A DNA stretch of 59,154 bases from a bacterium (GTDB taxonomy: Bacteria > Patescibacteriota > Patescibacteriia > 2-01-FULL-39-33): contig JBAXTU010000004.1 of assembly GCA_037130015.1 (NCBI GenBank), positions 1 through 59,154 of the forward strand. The letters are read 5' to 3'. Below the pieces are notes generated by a model, which was not told the DNA's origin, did not search any database, and was given only the letters and a program-made list of their open reading frames with translations. Positions within the stretch are counted from its first letter, which is position 1. Every line of letters begins with the position of its first letter. This document shows positions 57,183 through 59,154 of this stretch, piece after piece. The translations under genes and the position numbers were made by a program.

Positions 57183-59154
57183 TTACAATTTAATTTTCTC
57201 AGTCTCGCCCCAATTATCACCCACACTCACTTCTACTTCTATTGGAGCGCGCAACTTCATGACCGAGCACATTGTGTCGTTAATAAACTTAGCGACTTTT
57301 TTAATTTCAGTTTCTGGCAACTCAAAAACCAATTCGTCGTGAACTTGTAAAATCATACGTGACTCAGGCGAGACCTTTGGCAAGCCATTGTTAATTTCAA
57401 TCATGGCGAGTTTGATCATATCAGCAGCACTGCCTTGAATCGGATGATTAACAGCCATGCGCTCGGCACTACTACGCACTTGGCCCATGCTAGAATTTAT
57501 TTCCGGCAAATACCGCCGACGGCCAAGGAGCGTTTCCACATAACCTTTATCACGAGCCATCACAATTGTTTCTTCCAACCATTTTTTGACTCCACTAAAG
57601 GCGCTGAAATATTTAAAAATAAATTCTTGGGCTTCGGCATTAGAAATGCCCGTGCGTGAAGACAATCCCCAAGCGCCCATGCCATAGAGCACGCCAAAAT
57701 TAACTTCTTTGGCGGTGCGACGAATTTCTTTGGTCACCTCGCTAGCCGGAATGCCATGAATTAAAGCAGCGGTCATGGTGTGAATATCACCACCATCATT
57801 AAAAATTTTCAGCATCTGTTGGTCATCAGCGAGTGAGGCCACAATACGAAGTTCTATTTGAGAATAATCGGCTTTCATAATTTGAAAACCTTTTTCCGCA
57901 ATAAAAGCTTTGCGGATTTGTCCGCCGGTTTCAGTGCGGATAGGAATGTTTTGCAAATTCGGTTCCGAAGATGACAAGCGTCCAGTCGCCGTCACCGTCT
58001 GATTAAATGAGGTATGCACTCGGCCATCTTTTTTATTTATCAAAAGTGGCAAAGCATCCAGATAAGTTGATTTTAATTTTGATAATTCCCGAAATTCTAT
58101 CAGCAGATCAATAATTTCGTGTTCGCCTTTCATTTTTTCCAGCTCGGCCGCGGCCGTGGATAGTCCCGTTTTGGTCTTGCCGATGCCTACGCTAGAAATT
58201 TTCATTTTTTCAAACAAAATTTCTTTGAGCTGTTTGGGACTGGCCAAATTAAATTCTTCGCCCGCCATTTTCCAAACTTTTTTTTCAATAATTTTAATCC
58301 GACCGTCAAATTCCACACTCAACTTTTTTAGAGCTTTGTCATTTATCTTGACGCCGTTAGTTTCAATATCCGCCAACACTGTGGTGAGTGGCATTTCCAA
58401 ATCATGGAACAACCCAGCCATACCACTGTCAGCTAATTCTTTTTTAAATTTGTCATAAAGACGAAAAGTAAAATCCGCATCCTCGCAAGAATACCAACTC
58501 ACTTTTTCTAACGGTATTTCTGCCAAAGAAACCTGATCTTTACCTTTACCAATAAGCGCTTCTATGGGTTGCATTTGATAACCAAATTCCACAAAAGCCA
58601 GTGTATCCAGTCCATGCTGACGCACACCAGGATTTAAAATATAAGAAGCAATCATAGTATCAAAATAAAGACCAGCCGTTCCCCTCCTTTCCAAGGAGGG
58701 GTTAGGGGTGGTTTGCCGTGCTGTCGGCAAACCCCTCCGCCCTTCGGGTACCTCCCCTTGGGAAGAGGAGGAACAAAATTGATTCAATACTTCCATGTCA
58801 TACTTCAAATTGTGTCCGATTTTTTTAATACTTTCATCAGCAAAAATAGCTTTTATTTTTTTGGCATTAACTTCAATTAAATCTATTGGCAAATAATAAG
58901 CCGTGCCAACTTTCCAACAAAAAGAAATTCCCAGCAGTTTAGAAGAAAAAGGATCCAAGCCGGTTGACTCAGTGTCAAAACAAAATTCTTTTTGTATTGA
59001 AAGTTCAGCTAAAAAAGTTTTTAAATTTTTTTTATCTATTAACTCATATTTTTGCTCACCAATCTTTTTATTTATAATTTCTTTTACTTCTTCTGTTTGA
59101 TTTTCATTTTTTTCATTTGAACAAACTGTATTTTCACTGTCATACATACGTAGA
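57183..59154 (-). CDS. polA: DNA polymerase I (5' part outside the window; 3'-5' exonuclease and polymerase domains present)
   Basis: FDTES ExoI, GHNLKYD, TATGRLSSSEPNLQNIP, ADYSQIELR, AKEVNFGVLYG, QVHDELV. Confidence 0.97.
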   Translation of the reverse strand, partial: LRMYDSENTVCSNEKNENQTEEVKEIINKKIGEQKYELIDKKNLKTFLAELSIQKEFCFDTESTGLDPFSSKLLGISFCWKVGTAYYLPIDLIEVNAKKIKAIFADESIKKIGHNLKYDMEVLNQFCSSSSQGEVPEGRRGLPTARQTTPNPSLERRGTAGLYFDTMIASYILNPGVRQHGLDTLAFVEFGYQMQPIEALIGKGKDQVSLAEIPLEKVSWYSCEDADFTFRLYDKFKKELADSGMAGLFHDLEMPLTTVLADIETNGVKINDKALKKLSVEFDGRIKIIEKKVWKMAGEEFNLASPKQLKEILFEKMKISSVGIGKTKTGLSTAAAELEKMKGEHEIIDLLIEFRELSKLKSTYLDALPLLINKKDGRVHTSFNQTVTATGRLSSSEPNLQNIPIRTETGGQIRKAFIAEKGFQIMKADYSQIELRIVASLADDQQMLKIFNDGGDIHTMTAALIHGIPASEVTKEIRRTAKEVNFGVLYGMGAWGLSSRTGISNAEAQEFIFKYFSAFSGVKKWLEETIVMARDKGYVETLLGRRRYLPEINSSMGQVRSSAERMAVNHPIQGSAADMIKLAMIEINNGLPKVSPESRMILQVHDELVFELPETEIKKVAKFINDTMCSVMKLRAPIEVEVSVGDNWGETEKIKL
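58678..58774. repeat. REPIN-like palindromic doublet inserted in frame in polA
   Basis: Long imperfect hairpin centred on GGTTTGCCG-tgctgt-CGGCAAACC; encodes about 30 extra residues SSSSQGEVPEGRRGLPTARQTTPNPSLERRGT in the exonuclease domain. Confidence 0.85.

Overview
Low-GC, genetic-code-11 bacterial chromosome segment. The gene content (VirB2-like pilin, PilB/GspE, ComM, TrmB, housekeeping genes mostly lacking a Shine-Dalgarno) suggests Patescibacteria/CPR; this is an inference. Bases 1 to ~18400 are one end of an integrative element inserted at the 3' end of tRNA-Asp. It carries a tyrosine integrase plus excisionase, a putative replication module, a small-gene operon with ArdC-like, SymE-like and zinc-finger ORFs, a structured ncRNA candidate, and a type I R-M operon containing a PHP-ABC ATPase and followed by M48 and DUF262 genes. 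A free-standing LAGLIDADG gene ends inside tRNA-Asp. The rest is mostly core genome (lgt, ppsA, pyk, groESL with CIRCE, comM, ftsH, pilB, tsaE, tsaD, tRNA-Glu, holA, ddl, polA) with small accessory islets. The most striking signals are a complete type III hammerhead ribozyme just downstream of trmB with a competing upstream helix, the LAGLIDADG stop codon lying inside the tRNA, in-frame palindromic repeat insertions in polA, tsaD and an O-antigen ligase gene, and a PHP domain that has lost three metal-binding His residues. All family calls come from motif recognition by eye; no database searches were run.
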